A DNA stretch of 57,126 bases from a virus. The position numbers and the translations under genes were made by a program. Positions 41,233-49,638 of the stretch are shown here, one piece after another. The stretch is from IMG/VR virus record IMGVR_UViG_3300033180_000002, positions 1 to 57,126 of that record; one strand, given 5' to 3'. The notes under the pieces were generated by a model. It was not told the DNA's origin. It ran no database searches and saw only the letters and a list, made by a program, of their open reading frames with translations. Every line of letters starts with the position of its first letter. The stretch's first letter is position 1.

Positions 41233-42162
41233 TCAGTACAGCGTCGCGGCAGTCGTGGTACCGGTGCCCCGTGTCATGCTGTCCAACTCGACCAGCACGA
41301 AGAAGGCTACGCAGTCGACCGTGGTGGCGTACGCCTGCTGAGCGGTCGCCTGCCAAGCGTTACCTGACCGATCGAACTCCCGCTCCGGAGGAGTCACGAA
41401 CACATGACCATCACGCCAGACAGTCACCGAGCCGGTGGCCACGATGTACGTGGTACCGGCGGCGGGGGCCGACGCGTCGTTGTTCGGCTTGTTGCCGCTG
41501 TAGCCCCGCCCGAAGGACCAGACGTTACCCATCGGGGTGTACTGCACGCCGGTGAGGCCCTTGGCCATCCGCTGCGGGAGCGGCATCATCTGCCGCTCGA
41601 CGAGGTACGGCGTCACGACCGGGCGGCAATGAAGGACGCCCGGGTAGCTGTACGCCGACAGGGCATCTTCGAGCAGCCCCACGCCGTATTCGATCGTGAC
41701 GGCGGTGCCCGGCGTCGGGGTGACGTCCAGGATGCCGGTGCCGCCGTTCAGCTCGGCCCGCACGAGGGCGGCCTGGACGTCCGCGTTGCCGCCCCAGAAC
41801 GCCGTCTCCGCCACGTACTGCGCGTTGTCGTTGAGCCGGATGCGTAGGCGCCGCTCAACCTCGGTCGAGTCGTACGGGAACGCGCCCGCCTTCAGGGTGG
41901 CCCCGACCTGGTACGGCAACCCGATCGCCGTGCCGTCGCAGCCGTCAAGGGTGGCGAGGGTGACGGTCGGGTTGGAGCAGGAGGCTGCCGCGATCAGGTG
42001 GGCCTGGCCGCAGTGCTCCTCCAGGTACTGCACGCCGCCGACGTCACCGTGGTCCGGCATCGGGAACGGGCCGTTGGCGGCCGAGAAGAGGCCGTATCGG
42101 ATGTTGCCGACCGCAGGCTGATCTACGTAGACCGGCCCGGTCATCGGCGTAAGGGCTACCAC
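41233..42162 (-). CDS. capsid-associated protein, possibly a second HK97-fold protein (309 aa)
   Basis: It follows the capsid gene. AQYVAETAFWGGNADV resembles capsid-family motifs. The C-terminus is Thr-rich (TRGTGTTTAATLY). Confidence 0.4.
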   Translation of the reverse strand: MVALTPMTGPVYVDQPAVGNIRYGLFSAANGPFPMPDHGDVGGVQYLEEHCGQAHLIAAASCSNPTVTLATLDGCDGTAIGLPYQVGATLKAGAFPYDSTEVERRLRIRLNDNAQYVAETAFWGGNADVQAALVRAELNGGTGILDVTPTPGTAVTIEYGVGLLEDALSAYSYPGVLHCRPVVTPYLVERQMMPLPQRMAKGLTGVQYTPMGNVWSFGRGYSGNKPNNDASAPAAGTTYIVATGSVTVWRDGHVFVTPPEREFDRSGNAWQATAQQAYATTVDCVAFFVLVELDSMTRGTGTTTAATLY

Positions 42163-42228
42163 CGGGTTGTCCCTCCTTCCCGTAGGTGGGTTCCCGGGGG
42201 CCGCCGAAGCGACCCCCGGGAGTCTCGG

Positions 42229-44112
42229 TTACGGGTTGGTCGGGAAGGTGCCGGAGGTGGTGGAGGTCGCCGCCGCCTGTGCGTTCAGGGCGAACGAGTT
42301 GGCGCCGTCCGGGATCAGGCCGCCCACGGTGTTGCCGATGGTGTAGACCCGGCTGTCGAAGCAGGTCTTCGCCGCCAGGATGCCCTGCTCGGTGAAGAGC
42401 TGGGTCGTCTTGTTCTGCGCCAGCAGCGTCGAGTCGTACACGGTGTCCAGGGTGATGATGTCGGCGTTGCCGCGCACCCAGGTCCCGGCCGCGTAGACCA
42501 GCACCTGAAGCGTGTGCGGCCAGTCCTGCACGAAGTCCGTAGAGGTCGGGCTCGCGCCGAACTGCTGCCACGCGGACGGCGCGCCGGTCGGGTAGGCCGC
42601 CCAGTAGAAGGCGTCCTGCCAGTCGTACACCCACTGGACGCGGGCGCCGCGAACGGCCAGCCAGTCCTGCATCTTCTGCATGGTGACCGCGAACTGGTCG
42701 ATGCCGTTGTCGCCGTCGTAGAACGACCGGCGGGTGACGTCCGCACGGATCCACGACTGCACCCAGTACGGCATGACCACTTCGAGGGTCGAAGCGAGCT
42801 GCATCCGCTGCCGGTACTTGTAGTCGACGATCGCCATTTCGAGGGCGCCCAGCAGCGTGGCCACCACAGAGTGGTCGGTGTACCAGGTGGTGCCCAGGCC
42901 CGGGGTGTGGCTGGTGACGTTGGACGGCAGCGCGAGCGCGGTCGAGCCGGTCACCAAGGCGTTGATCATGAACTGGTTGATCTTGTGCGTGTGCGCGACC
43001 ATCGCGCCCCGCACGAACCGGGCGATCAGCTCCGGATAGCCGCGAAGCTGGAGCAGGTCCGCCTGGATGGCCAGACCGTCCGCCTCCAACCGGGTGTCCG
43101 TGAACGACGGGCACGGCACGGCCATGGTCGGCTTCGTGACACCCGAGATGATCTGCGCCTCGGTGTAGTGGAAGAACCCCGCACCCGAGTAGATCGACGA
43201 GAAGTCCGGACCGGTCGTGTACTTGATGCCGCCCCGGGAGACGTTGATCTCCGGGATGTCCAGCAGGCCGTCAGACGACTCCAGCTCGCACAGGTCGTAG
43301 ATGACCTCGGACGGGGCACACCAACCGGCACCGGCGGCCGTCAGGCTGTTCGGCGCGCTGTTCGTCTTCGCCTTGCGGGCGATGTCGAGCGATGCGAGCA
43401 GGGAGCCGCCCGGGAGGCGCTTCTCGCTGGCCGCGTAGTCGATGACCCGCGTCGCGTCCTCGGCGAGACCACCCGAGGCGGTCAGCTCGGCCGGATACTC
43501 CAGCTTGAACTGAGCGATCGGGTCACGCCGCGAACCGCCAGCGCCGCCGAAGGCGGAATACTGGAGGAACCGCTTCTCGACTGCCGCGCCGACCCGGTCC
43601 CAGGACAGCTCTTCGCCGACCTGGAAGTCGGAGTTGTTGGCCCCGGCGAGGATGACGGCCGGGGTCCGATTCGACACCTGGTCGGCCGGGACGGCGGGGG
43701 TGGTCCGGGAGGCCACAGCAGCAACACTCGGGGCGGTCGGCTTGGCCGCCGCCGCCGTGGTGGTCACTACGGGGGTCTCCGGGGTGCCGGTCCCCTCGGC
43801 GCCCGCGCCGGAGGTGTCCGTGTCGTCGTCCGTGTCGTCGTCCTCGCCGAGGGCGTCAGAGAGGGCAGCGAAGGAGCCAGCGGCGCCGCTGCGGCGCCCG
43901 CGCTCCTTGTCGACACCCTGGACGATCTTGGTCAGCTCGCGCATCGTCTCGATGTCGTCGCCCGACACATCGGAGACGTCCATCTCCGCGTACGTGGCTG
44001 CGGCATCACGCGCCTGCGAGCGAATCGAAGTCAAGTCCTCGGTCGACATCCCCGCGAAGGCGTACGAGCCATCGTCGGCAGTCGGAACCGTGAACGGCAG
44101 GTTCACTGTCAC
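42229..44112 (-). CDS. major capsid protein with an N-terminal scaffold-like extension
   Basis: 627 aa. The N-terminal part is acidic and helical, and AAGAGWCAPSEVIYDL is typical of actinophage HK97-fold capsid proteins. The C-terminal tail is AQAAATSTTSGTFPTNP. Confidence 0.7.
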   Translation of the reverse strand: MTVNLPFTVPTADDGSYAFAGMSTEDLTSIRSQARDAAATYAEMDVSDVSGDDIETMRELTKIVQGVDKERGRRSGAAGSFAALSDALGEDDDTDDDTDTSGAGAEGTGTPETPVVTTTAAAAKPTAPSVAAVASRTTPAVPADQVSNRTPAVILAGANNSDFQVGEELSWDRVGAAVEKRFLQYSAFGGAGGSRRDPIAQFKLEYPAELTASGGLAEDATRVIDYAASEKRLPGGSLLASLDIARKAKTNSAPNSLTAAGAGWCAPSEVIYDLCELESSDGLLDIPEINVSRGGIKYTTGPDFSSIYSGAGFFHYTEAQIISGVTKPTMAVPCPSFTDTRLEADGLAIQADLLQLRGYPELIARFVRGAMVAHTHKINQFMINALVTGSTALALPSNVTSHTPGLGTTWYTDHSVVATLLGALEMAIVDYKYRQRMQLASTLEVVMPYWVQSWIRADVTRRSFYDGDNGIDQFAVTMQKMQDWLAVRGARVQWVYDWQDAFYWAAYPTGAPSAWQQFGASPTSTDFVQDWPHTLQVLVYAAGTWVRGNADIITLDTVYDSTLLAQNKTTQLFTEQGILAAKTCFDSRVYTIGNTVGGLIPDGANSFALNAQAAATSTTSGTFPTNP

Positions 44113-44217
44113 TGCGGTCTCTCTTCAACTTCGAGCGCTCGGCCGGACCGTGGCAGCACCGATACACCTGGTGGGGATCATAGCGGTAGTCTGCGGGTTC
44201 ACGGAGGAGGAGGCCGT

Positions 44218-45897
44218 ATGGAGTCGAACGACGCCAACTTTCTGATCGGTACGCCCGGGGCTTACCAGGCCCGCCAGGAGCTGGAGAAGGCCATCAACCC
44301 ACGCGCGGGGGAGAAGGTCTGCATCGGGGTGCCGCACCTGAACGATGCCGGATGGAACTTCACCGAGTCGGTCCTGCGGATGGTCGCCTACGACAAGGCC
44401 CACGGTGATCACCTACTGCACAATTCGGGCCTCATGAACAATGGCGCCCTGGCCCCGGTGTGGGGCCGCTCGATGGAGCTCTCCCACGCGCGCAACACCG
44501 CGACTGCCGCATTCCTGGCCAGCGACTCAGACTGGCTGCTCTGGTGGGACACCGACATCGGAGCCGAGCCGGACGCCCTGGAGAGGCTGCTCGAAGTCGC
44601 CGACCCGGTGACCGCGCCCATCGTCGGCGGCCTGTGCTTCATCGAGGGCGACTTCGCCCACGACTTCCGGGGCGGCCTGCGCTCCAGCCTGGCCCCCACG
44701 CTGTACGACTGGGCGTGGATCGAACCGAAGTCGGGGATGCCCGGCACGTACAAGATGCTGGCCCGGCAGGAGTGGAACGGCGAGATGACCCGGGTCGGCG
44801 CGACCGGATGCGGCTTCCTGCTGGTGCACCGCTCAGTGTTCGAGAAGATCGCCGAATGGCTCCGGGACCACGGCGCCCCGCCGCACATCTGGTTTGAGCG
44901 CATCCCCGGAGCCGACGGAGAGCTGTGCGGGGAGGACATCTCGTTCTGCCTGCGGGCGCACCAGGTCGGGCTGCCCGTCATGGTGCACACCGGCGTCGTC
45001 ACCACGCACCAGAAGACCGTCTGGTACGGCAGTGAGGACTACCGGATGAAGCCGTTCACGCCGCCCGCCGCGAACATGCGACTGCTGCCGCCGGACCAGT
45101 GGCCAAAGCTGGAGATCAACCGGAACGCCGCCGAGCAGGCCGCGCGCACCTCGCCGATACGCAACAAGCAGGTCCCGGAGGCGACCGAAGAGGTCGCCAT
45201 CGTCGTGCCCGTGGCGCACCGGGACAACGCTTTCACGTTCATGGACTCGCTGATGGCCAGCCTGACCCCCGGGCAGCGCGAGCGGGTGTGGGTGCACGTG
45301 ATGACGGACACCAACGACGCGGCCACGAAGGCGAGCTGGGACGCTCAGGCGCTGCACTACGACAACGTCATAGTCGACCAGCACCGCTACCTGCGGGAGA
45401 TGGGCAGCTTCGCGGAGAAGGTCAACCGGGCCTTCGAGGTATCCGACGAGCCTTGGCTGTTCATCGTCGGGGACGACGTGCGGTTCCATCCGGGCTGGCT
45501 GGACCAGGCGATGGAGGTCAGCCACGGCCCCAACGTGCACGTGGTCGGAACCAACGATCTTGGCAACGCGGCGGTGATGGCTGGCGAGCACGCAACGCAC
45601 CTGTTCATCAGCCGCGCGTATGTCGAACACCTCGGGGCGAGCCTGGACGGGCCGGGCATCGTCTGCCACGAGGGCTACCGGCACTGGTACGTCGACAACG
45701 AGATCGTCGAGCTGGCGAAGAAGCGCAAGGTGTGGGCGCCGTGCCTGGCGTCGCACGTCGAACATCTGCACCCGCTGTTCCGCAAGGGTGCGATGGATGC
45801 GGTGTATGCGATCGGGCAGGCGGCGGCCGAGACGGACCGGGCGTTGTGGCAGCAGCGACACCGGACCATGATCGAAAACGAGGGCGTAGATGCATGA
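44218..45897 (+). CDS. two-domain GT-A fold glycosyltransferase (559 aa)
   Basis: The ATG at 44218 follows GGAGGAGGAGG. Domain 1 has LWWDTDIGAEPD, GCGFLLVHRSVFEKI and GEDISFCLRA. Domain 2 has VAIVVPVAHRD and FIVGDDVRFHPGW. The remaining upstream part of ORF 41998..45897 is antisense artefact. Confidence 0.7.
   Translation: MESNDANFLIGTPGAYQARQELEKAINPRAGEKVCIGVPHLNDAGWNFTESVLRMVAYDKAHGDHLLHNSGLMNNGALAPVWGRSMELSHARNTATAAFLASDSDWLLWWDTDIGAEPDALERLLEVADPVTAPIVGGLCFIEGDFAHDFRGGLRSSLAPTLYDWAWIEPKSGMPGTYKMLARQEWNGEMTRVGATGCGFLLVHRSVFEKIAEWLRDHGAPPHIWFERIPGADGELCGEDISFCLRAHQVGLPVMVHTGVVTTHQKTVWYGSEDYRMKPFTPPAANMRLLPPDQWPKLEINRNAAEQAARTSPIRNKQVPEATEEVAIVVPVAHRDNAFTFMDSLMASLTPGQRERVWVHVMTDTNDAATKASWDAQALHYDNVIVDQHRYLREMGSFAEKVNRAFEVSDEPWLFIVGDDVRFHPGWLDQAMEVSHGPNVHVVGTNDLGNAAVMAGEHATHLFISRAYVEHLGASLDGPGIVCHEGYRHWYVDNEIVELAKKRKVWAPCLASHVEHLHPLFRKGAMDAVYAIGQAAAETDRALWQQRHRTMIENEGVDA
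45870..45879 (+). repeat. AT-rich motif copy (GATCGAAAAC)
   Basis: Context CATGATCGAAAACGA; within the glycosyltransferase in sense, read M-I-E-N. Confidence 0.8.
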
Positions 45898-46447
45898 GCA
45901 GGCGTTGAGCTGGGTCGGCCAGTTCCGGACCACCGACGACCTGGCCGTCCTCGACATCGGCGGGCGCGACCTCAACGGCAACACGCGCGGCCTCTTCCCG
46001 AACGCCAACCCGTACCACGTGATCGACATCCGCCCCGGCAAGGGCGTCGACATCGTGGCAGACGCCGCCGACTGGCGGTCGGAACGCGCCTACGATCTGG
46101 TGGTCACCACCGAGACCTTCGAGCACGCCGAGAAGTGGCGGGAGATCATCCTGACCGCCTGGGAGTCACTACGGCCGGGCGGCTGGCTGATCTTCACCTG
46201 CGCCGGACCGGGGCGCCCGCCCCACTCCGGCGTCGAAGCGGTGTGGGGTCTGATCGGCGACGAGTGGTACGCCAACGTGTCGCCACAGGAGATCGCCGAC
46301 GAGCTGACAGACCAGGGCTGGACGGAGATCGAGGCGCACCAGCTCGGCCTGGACACGCGGGGCAAGGCCGTCAAGCCGCTGGCCCCGCGTGAGGTACTTC
46401 TCGGGGCCACGCTGTCCCGGACAGCGGCAGGCGACCCGAACGCCTGA
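45890..46447 (+). CDS. class I SAM-dependent methyltransferase
   Basis: Contains VLDIGGRDLNGN (motif I-like), VVTTETFEHAEKW and LRPGGWLIFTCAG. Confidence 0.6.
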   Translation: MHEQALSWVGQFRTTDDLAVLDIGGRDLNGNTRGLFPNANPYHVIDIRPGKGVDIVADAADWRSERAYDLVVTTETFEHAEKWREIILTAWESLRPGGWLIFTCAGPGRPPHSGVEAVWGLIGDEWYANVSPQEIADELTDQGWTEIEAHQLGLDTRGKAVKPLAPREVLLGATLSRTAAGDPNA

Positions 46448-46499
46448 CCGCAGCAAAGAGGCCCCCACCGAGCCGGTGGGGGCCTCTTTGCTGCGGTCA
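46443..46499. terminator. bidirectional terminator: 25-bp perfect stem with a 7-nt loop
   Basis: CTGACCGCAGCAAAGAGGCCCCCAC cgagccg GTGGGGGCCTCTTTGCTGCGGTCAG lies between convergent genes. Confidence 0.7.
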
Positions 46500-46607
46500 G
46501 GAGCCGTAGGACCACCAGAAGGCGAGGGCCACGAACAGCAGCGCGGGCAGTATGAGCGTTGGCAGATCGGCTGGCCTCAGGTCCAGCCAACCGGCAGGGT
46601 CCTTCAT
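46497..46607 (-). CDS. small membrane peptide (36 aa)
   Basis: Hand translation gives MKDPAGWLDLRPADLPTLILPALLFVALAFWWSYGS*. It has an ATGA overlap with the upstream gene. Confidence 0.4.
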   Translation of the reverse strand: MKDPAGWLDLRPADLPTLILPALLFVALAFWWSYGS

Positions 46608-46789
46608 CCGGACTCGACCGCCGTCCGGATGGTCCTGCGCTTACGGGCATTGTGGGGGGCGGCCAGCACGGTGCGCACCCCGTCCGTCTGGCCGTTGACC
46701 ACGGTACCGCTCAGGGAGAAGCACGGCTCGCCCATCTCGGCGCGGCACACCTGCGAGCATTTGCGGTACTCCGACCAGTCGACGCTCAT
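46604..46789 (-). CDS. hypothetical protein (61 aa)
   Basis: The ATG at 46789 overlaps the upstream stop as ATGA (MSVDWSEYRKCSQVCRAEMGEPC...). Confidence 0.45.
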   Translation of the reverse strand: MSVDWSEYRKCSQVCRAEMGEPCFSLSGTVVNGQTDGVRTVLAAPHNARKRRTIRTAVESG

Positions 46790-46989
46790 CGGCGTAGTCC
46801 TTTCCGTTGGCACGCCGGGCAGATCCTGACGTGTAGTTCCTTGCCGGTCAGAGAGGTCCCGTCAAAGGCGATCCAGCCGCGCACCCGGAGCCTGTCGTTG
46901 GACGCCCACGCCCCGATAAGGCACCGATCGCACGCCTGGTGCTCGCGGCCCGGGTCGTCCTGCTCCACCTCGAACAGGGGCTCGGTCAT
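46786..46989 (-). CDS. zinc-ribbon-like small protein (67 aa)
   Basis: Translation gives MTEPLFEVEQDDPGREHQACDRCLIG...VRICPACQRK. It has an ATGA overlap. Confidence 0.45.
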   Translation of the reverse strand: MTEPLFEVEQDDPGREHQACDRCLIGAWASNDRLRVRGWIAFDGTSLTGKELHVRICPACQRKGLRR

Positions 46990-47222
46990 CCGTCGTACCA
47001 GACGGAGTCGGCGTGCGACTCCCATCCGGCGTCCCGGGCGTGCTGCTGGTCGGCGCACCACTCGTCCACAATCTGCCGGACGGCCGCCGCGCTCAACCCG
47101 AACCCCTTGATGAACGATTCCAGCTCGGCGCGCGACCGGGGGCCGGTCCGCTCTGGCCGTTGGCCGACGCTGGCCACGGCGTCCCGGGCGTGCTGGATGG
47201 TCTTCTCGTACGACCTGCTCAT
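46986..47222 (-). CDS. hypothetical protein (78 aa) sharing a C-terminal module with the DUF1810 gene
   Basis: FGLSAAAVRQIVDEWCADQQHARDAGWESHADSVWYDG parallels CGLSGAALRLMVGAWMADQDRSYDAGWNAHADANAYNG at 48250-48366 on the plus strand. Confidence 0.5.
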   Translation of the reverse strand: MSRSYEKTIQHARDAVASVGQRPERTGPRSRAELESFIKGFGLSAAAVRQIVDEWCADQQHARDAGWESHADSVWYDG

Positions 47223-47404
47223 CGCTTTCCTCCCCTGCGTACGAAGTCGGCATTTCCGCTGACCACACACATCACGACTACGGCTGCGTAGACCGCCAGG
47301 ATCAGCAGGGCTGCGGCCAGCAGGTACGGGCCGAAGACCAGCAAGGTCAGGAAGGTCACCACGGGGTGGCGCCTGGTCTGGTACTGGGTCATTCCGCTGC
47401 GCAT
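47219..47404 (-). CDS. membrane protein (61 aa)
   Basis: The ATG at 47404 follows GGAGGAG. It has a hydrophobic core VVTFLTLLVFGPYLLAAALLILAVYAAVVVMCVV. Confidence 0.45.
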   Translation of the reverse strand: MRSGMTQYQTRRHPVVTFLTLLVFGPYLLAAALLILAVYAAVVVMCVVSGNADFVRRGGKR

Positions 47405-47446
47405 CTCACTCCTCCGGGGTTCCTGTCTGCCATCAGAGTACACCTG

Positions 47447-47488
47447 TTGCGCTGGCCTGCATAGACCGTGTATGCTGTGCGTAGACAG
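47447..47488 (+). promoter_or_regulatory. promoter TTGCGC-N18-TATGCT plus the conserved leader box
   Basis: It contains the same 22-mer as 19011-19032, about 15 nt upstream of the GGAGGAGGG ribosome-binding site of the 47504 gene. Confidence 0.55.
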
Positions 47489-47503
47489 ACGGAGGAGGGC
47501 ACG

Positions 47504-47665
47504 ATGTCGACCGAAGAGCGCATCAAAGAGCTGCTGGAGCGGTACGCCTACATCGAGAACGGCGAGCAGATGCAGTGCATGAACATCAACGAGGTCGACG
47601 GCCTCATCGCGGAACTCGCCGAGCTGGTCAACGAGCCCAGCAGGGGGAAAAGGCGGCGGCCGTGA
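47504..47665 (+). CDS. hypothetical small protein (53 aa)
   Basis: Translation gives MSTEERIKELLERYAYIENGEQMQCMNINEVDGLIAELAELV.... It has a strong ribosome-binding site. Confidence 0.55.
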   Translation: MSTEERIKELLERYAYIENGEQMQCMNINEVDGLIAELAELVNEPSRGKRRRP

Positions 47666-48366
47666 GCATCCTGGCGGAACGCGCGCAGGCCCTGGAGCGG
47701 TTCCATGTCGCCCACGCCCACAAGGGCATCTTCCGGCAGGCGCTCCTGGAGATTCGGGCGGGAGAGAAGCGCAGCCACTGGATGTGGTTCGTCTTCCCGC
47801 AGATGATCACCAGCGAGAGCGCCAGCAGTATGAGCCGCCAGTACGCCATCGCGAACCGGGCCGAGGCCGCTGCATACCTCGCCGATCCGATCCTGCGGCT
47901 GCGGCTGTACAACTGCACGGTCGGAGTACTCCAGCACAACCGGCTGATGTTCCAGCACCCCGACAACCGCAAGCTGCGGTCCTCTATGACCCTGTTCGCG
48001 CAGGTCGCCGAGGACCCGGCGATGCTGAATGCGGTGCTGGGCAAGTTCTTCGACGGCCCTGACCAGCACACCCTGGACCTGCTACAAGCGCAGCAAGAGG
48101 GCACCGAGGACGCGTACTGGGAGAAGGTTCGCCAGGCGCGGCCGAAGCCGAAGCCGCACCTTGAGGCGCTTTTCCCGGAACCGGACCGGGAAACTCAGGA
48201 GGAATTCGATCCGTGGACTGAGGCGCGGGTGCGGGAGTTTGTCAGGAGATGCGGGCTCAGTGGGGCGGCCCTACGCCTGATGGTGGGCGCGTGGATGGCA
48301 GATCAGGATCGTTCGTACGACGCGGGCTGGAATGCCCACGCCGACGCGAACGCATACAACGGATAG
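47662..48366 (+). CDS. DUF1810-family protein fused to a C-terminal module shared with 46986..47222
   Basis: Contains EKRSHWMWFVFPQ, YAIANRAEAAAYLADPIL and DNRKLRSSMTLFAQ, which are DUF1810 hallmarks as I recall them. The GTG at 47662 overlaps the upstream stop. Confidence 0.6.
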   Translation: MSILAERAQALERFHVAHAHKGIFRQALLEIRAGEKRSHWMWFVFPQMITSESASSMSRQYAIANRAEAAAYLADPILRLRLYNCTVGVLQHNRLMFQHPDNRKLRSSMTLFAQVAEDPAMLNAVLGKFFDGPDQHTLDLLQAQQEGTEDAYWEKVRQARPKPKPHLEALFPEPDRETQEEFDPWTEARVREFVRRCGLSGAALRLMVGAWMADQDRSYDAGWNAHADANAYNG

Positions 48367-48377
48367 GAGGGAGAGGT

Positions 48378-48593
48378 ATGGCGAGGAGGAACGAGCCTGG
48401 CCCGTTCGGGGCGGGCAGGCGCCCGCCTCGGGTGCGCCGCGCATCCGAGGTCGGCGGCAGCGCCACCCCGACGGGCTGCCAGTGCCCGATGGGGGCGGCC
48501 GTCCGCTCGGCCCGAAGAGGCAGGTTCCGGCTGGCACGGCGCTACGCGGCGATGTCGGTCCGGTTGATCGCAGCGAGGCTCGCATGGGCGTAG
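48378..48593 (+). CDS. Arg-rich small protein (71 aa), tentative
   Basis: The ATG follows GGAGGGAGAGG. The composition is unusual. Confidence 0.3.
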   Translation: MARRNEPGPFGAGRRPPRVRRASEVGGSATPTGCQCPMGAAVRSARRGRFRLARRYAAMSVRLIAARLAWA

Positions 48594-48793
48594 AGAAGAC
48601 CGTACGGATCTGGCACGGCTGCAAGGTCGTGCTGTTGCTGAGCGTGGACGAGTCCGGCGGTTATTCGACGATGGGCGCGGCGGGCGGAGCGGCCAACTCG
48701 ACTCAGGTCGACATCGAGATCGATCCGTGGGCTGGACTTCTCGTCGAGAACGGCACAGGAAACAGCCCGGTCGTGTACCGCGACGTCGTCTAA
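48584..48793 (+). CDS. hypothetical protein (69 aa)
   Basis: Translation gives MGVEKTVRIWHGCKVVLLLSVDESGGYSTMGAAGG...PVVYRDVV. This is the protein-like tail of ORF 48332..48793. Confidence 0.4.
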   Translation: MGVEKTVRIWHGCKVVLLLSVDESGGYSTMGAAGGAANSTQVDIEIDPWAGLLVENGTGNSPVVYRDVV

Positions 48794-48959
48794 GGTCGTG
48801 TATGCTTAGGGCCGACAGACATTGGGTTGCCGGTGAACAACGTCTTTAAAGGTGGAAACCGGTCGGGTGCGGGGTGCGGTGGTGCCGGGTGAGCCGGTGA
48901 ACGAGGCAGTCTATGACCCGCCCACCCCGCACATTCCTATCGAGGAGCGAGGGCAAAGA

Positions 48960-49406
48960 ATGAAGCGCAAGATCACCATCGGATTGGTCGCCCTGGCGGC
49001 GATGCTCGGCCTGTTCGTCATCCAGCCCGGGTCGGCGTCGGTGGCCGAGAAGCCGAGCGGCAACCCGGTGGTCCAGGTCATCCACCTGATCACCCCGCAG
49101 CGAGCCGAGGCGGTGGCCTGCGCGTCGGGCTACATCTGCGGCTTCCCCTGCTCGGCGTCGGCATCCTGCGGCTTCTACTACCAGGTGTCGCAGACGGTGA
49201 CCCTGAACCAGTACATCAGCCTGCACCTGAACTCCGGCGATGACATCTACTCCATCCACAACAACACCGGACACCAGTGGAGGGTCTACCACTACGACCT
49301 GTTCCACGGCGGCTGCGGGAGCGCCAGTGCGCTGGTCTACGCCAACACCAAGGGCAACATGAGCTCGGAGTGGCAGCTCCAGCATTGCATCAAGCGCATC
49401 TCGTAG
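48960..49406 (+). CDS. secreted Cys-rich protein (148 aa) with a signal peptide
   Basis: Translation gives MKRKITIGLVALAAMLGLFVIQPGSASVAEKP.... It has six or more Cys residues. The region upstream of the ATG at 48960 is poor coding sequence. Confidence 0.55.
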   Translation: MKRKITIGLVALAAMLGLFVIQPGSASVAEKPSGNPVVQVIHLITPQRAEAVACASGYICGFPCSASASCGFYYQVSQTVTLNQYISLHLNSGDDIYSIHNNTGHQWRVYHYDLFHGGCGSASALVYANTKGNMSSEWQLQHCIKRIS

Positions 49407-49412
49407 CGGACA

Positions 49413-49457
49413 ACACGAAGGCCCGGCCCCTCTTCCCTGAGGGCCGGGCCTTCGTGT
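49413..49457. terminator. bidirectional terminator (17-bp stem)
   Basis: ACACGAAGGCCCGGCCC ctcttccctga GGGCCGGGCCTTCGTGT lies between convergent genes. Confidence 0.65.
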
Positions 49458-49460
49458 GTT

Positions 49461-49619
49461 TCAGGACGTCTTGCGCCAGGTGGCGCCGGGCGTCTTCGCC
49501 GCGAACACCTTGGCCTCAGTCTCCCGCACCGCAGTGAAGCGCTTGAGCGTGTTACCGCTGGCGTCCTTCACCTCGTAGTTGCCGAGACCGGACCCGCCGC
49601 CCCCGCAGTTGCATCCCAT
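49461..49619 (-). CDS. hypothetical small protein (52 aa)
   Basis: The ATG at 49619 follows AGGAGGAGG. Translation gives MGCNCGGGGSGLGNYEVKDASGNTLKRF.... Confidence 0.5.
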   Translation of the reverse strand: MGCNCGGGGSGLGNYEVKDASGNTLKRFTAVRETEAKVFAAKTPGATWRKTS

Positions 49620-49638
49620 CGGTGGACCTCCTCCTACC

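Noticed and set aside
41998-44217. The N-terminal 740 codons of the 1,299-aa plus-strand ORF 41998..45897.
   Set aside because: This part lies antisense to the capsid genes and is Arg/Gly/Pro/Val-rich with no protein-like motifs. A strong ribosome-binding site and ATG at 44218 begin the recognisable glycosyltransferase. Long open antisense frames are expected in GC-rich DNA.
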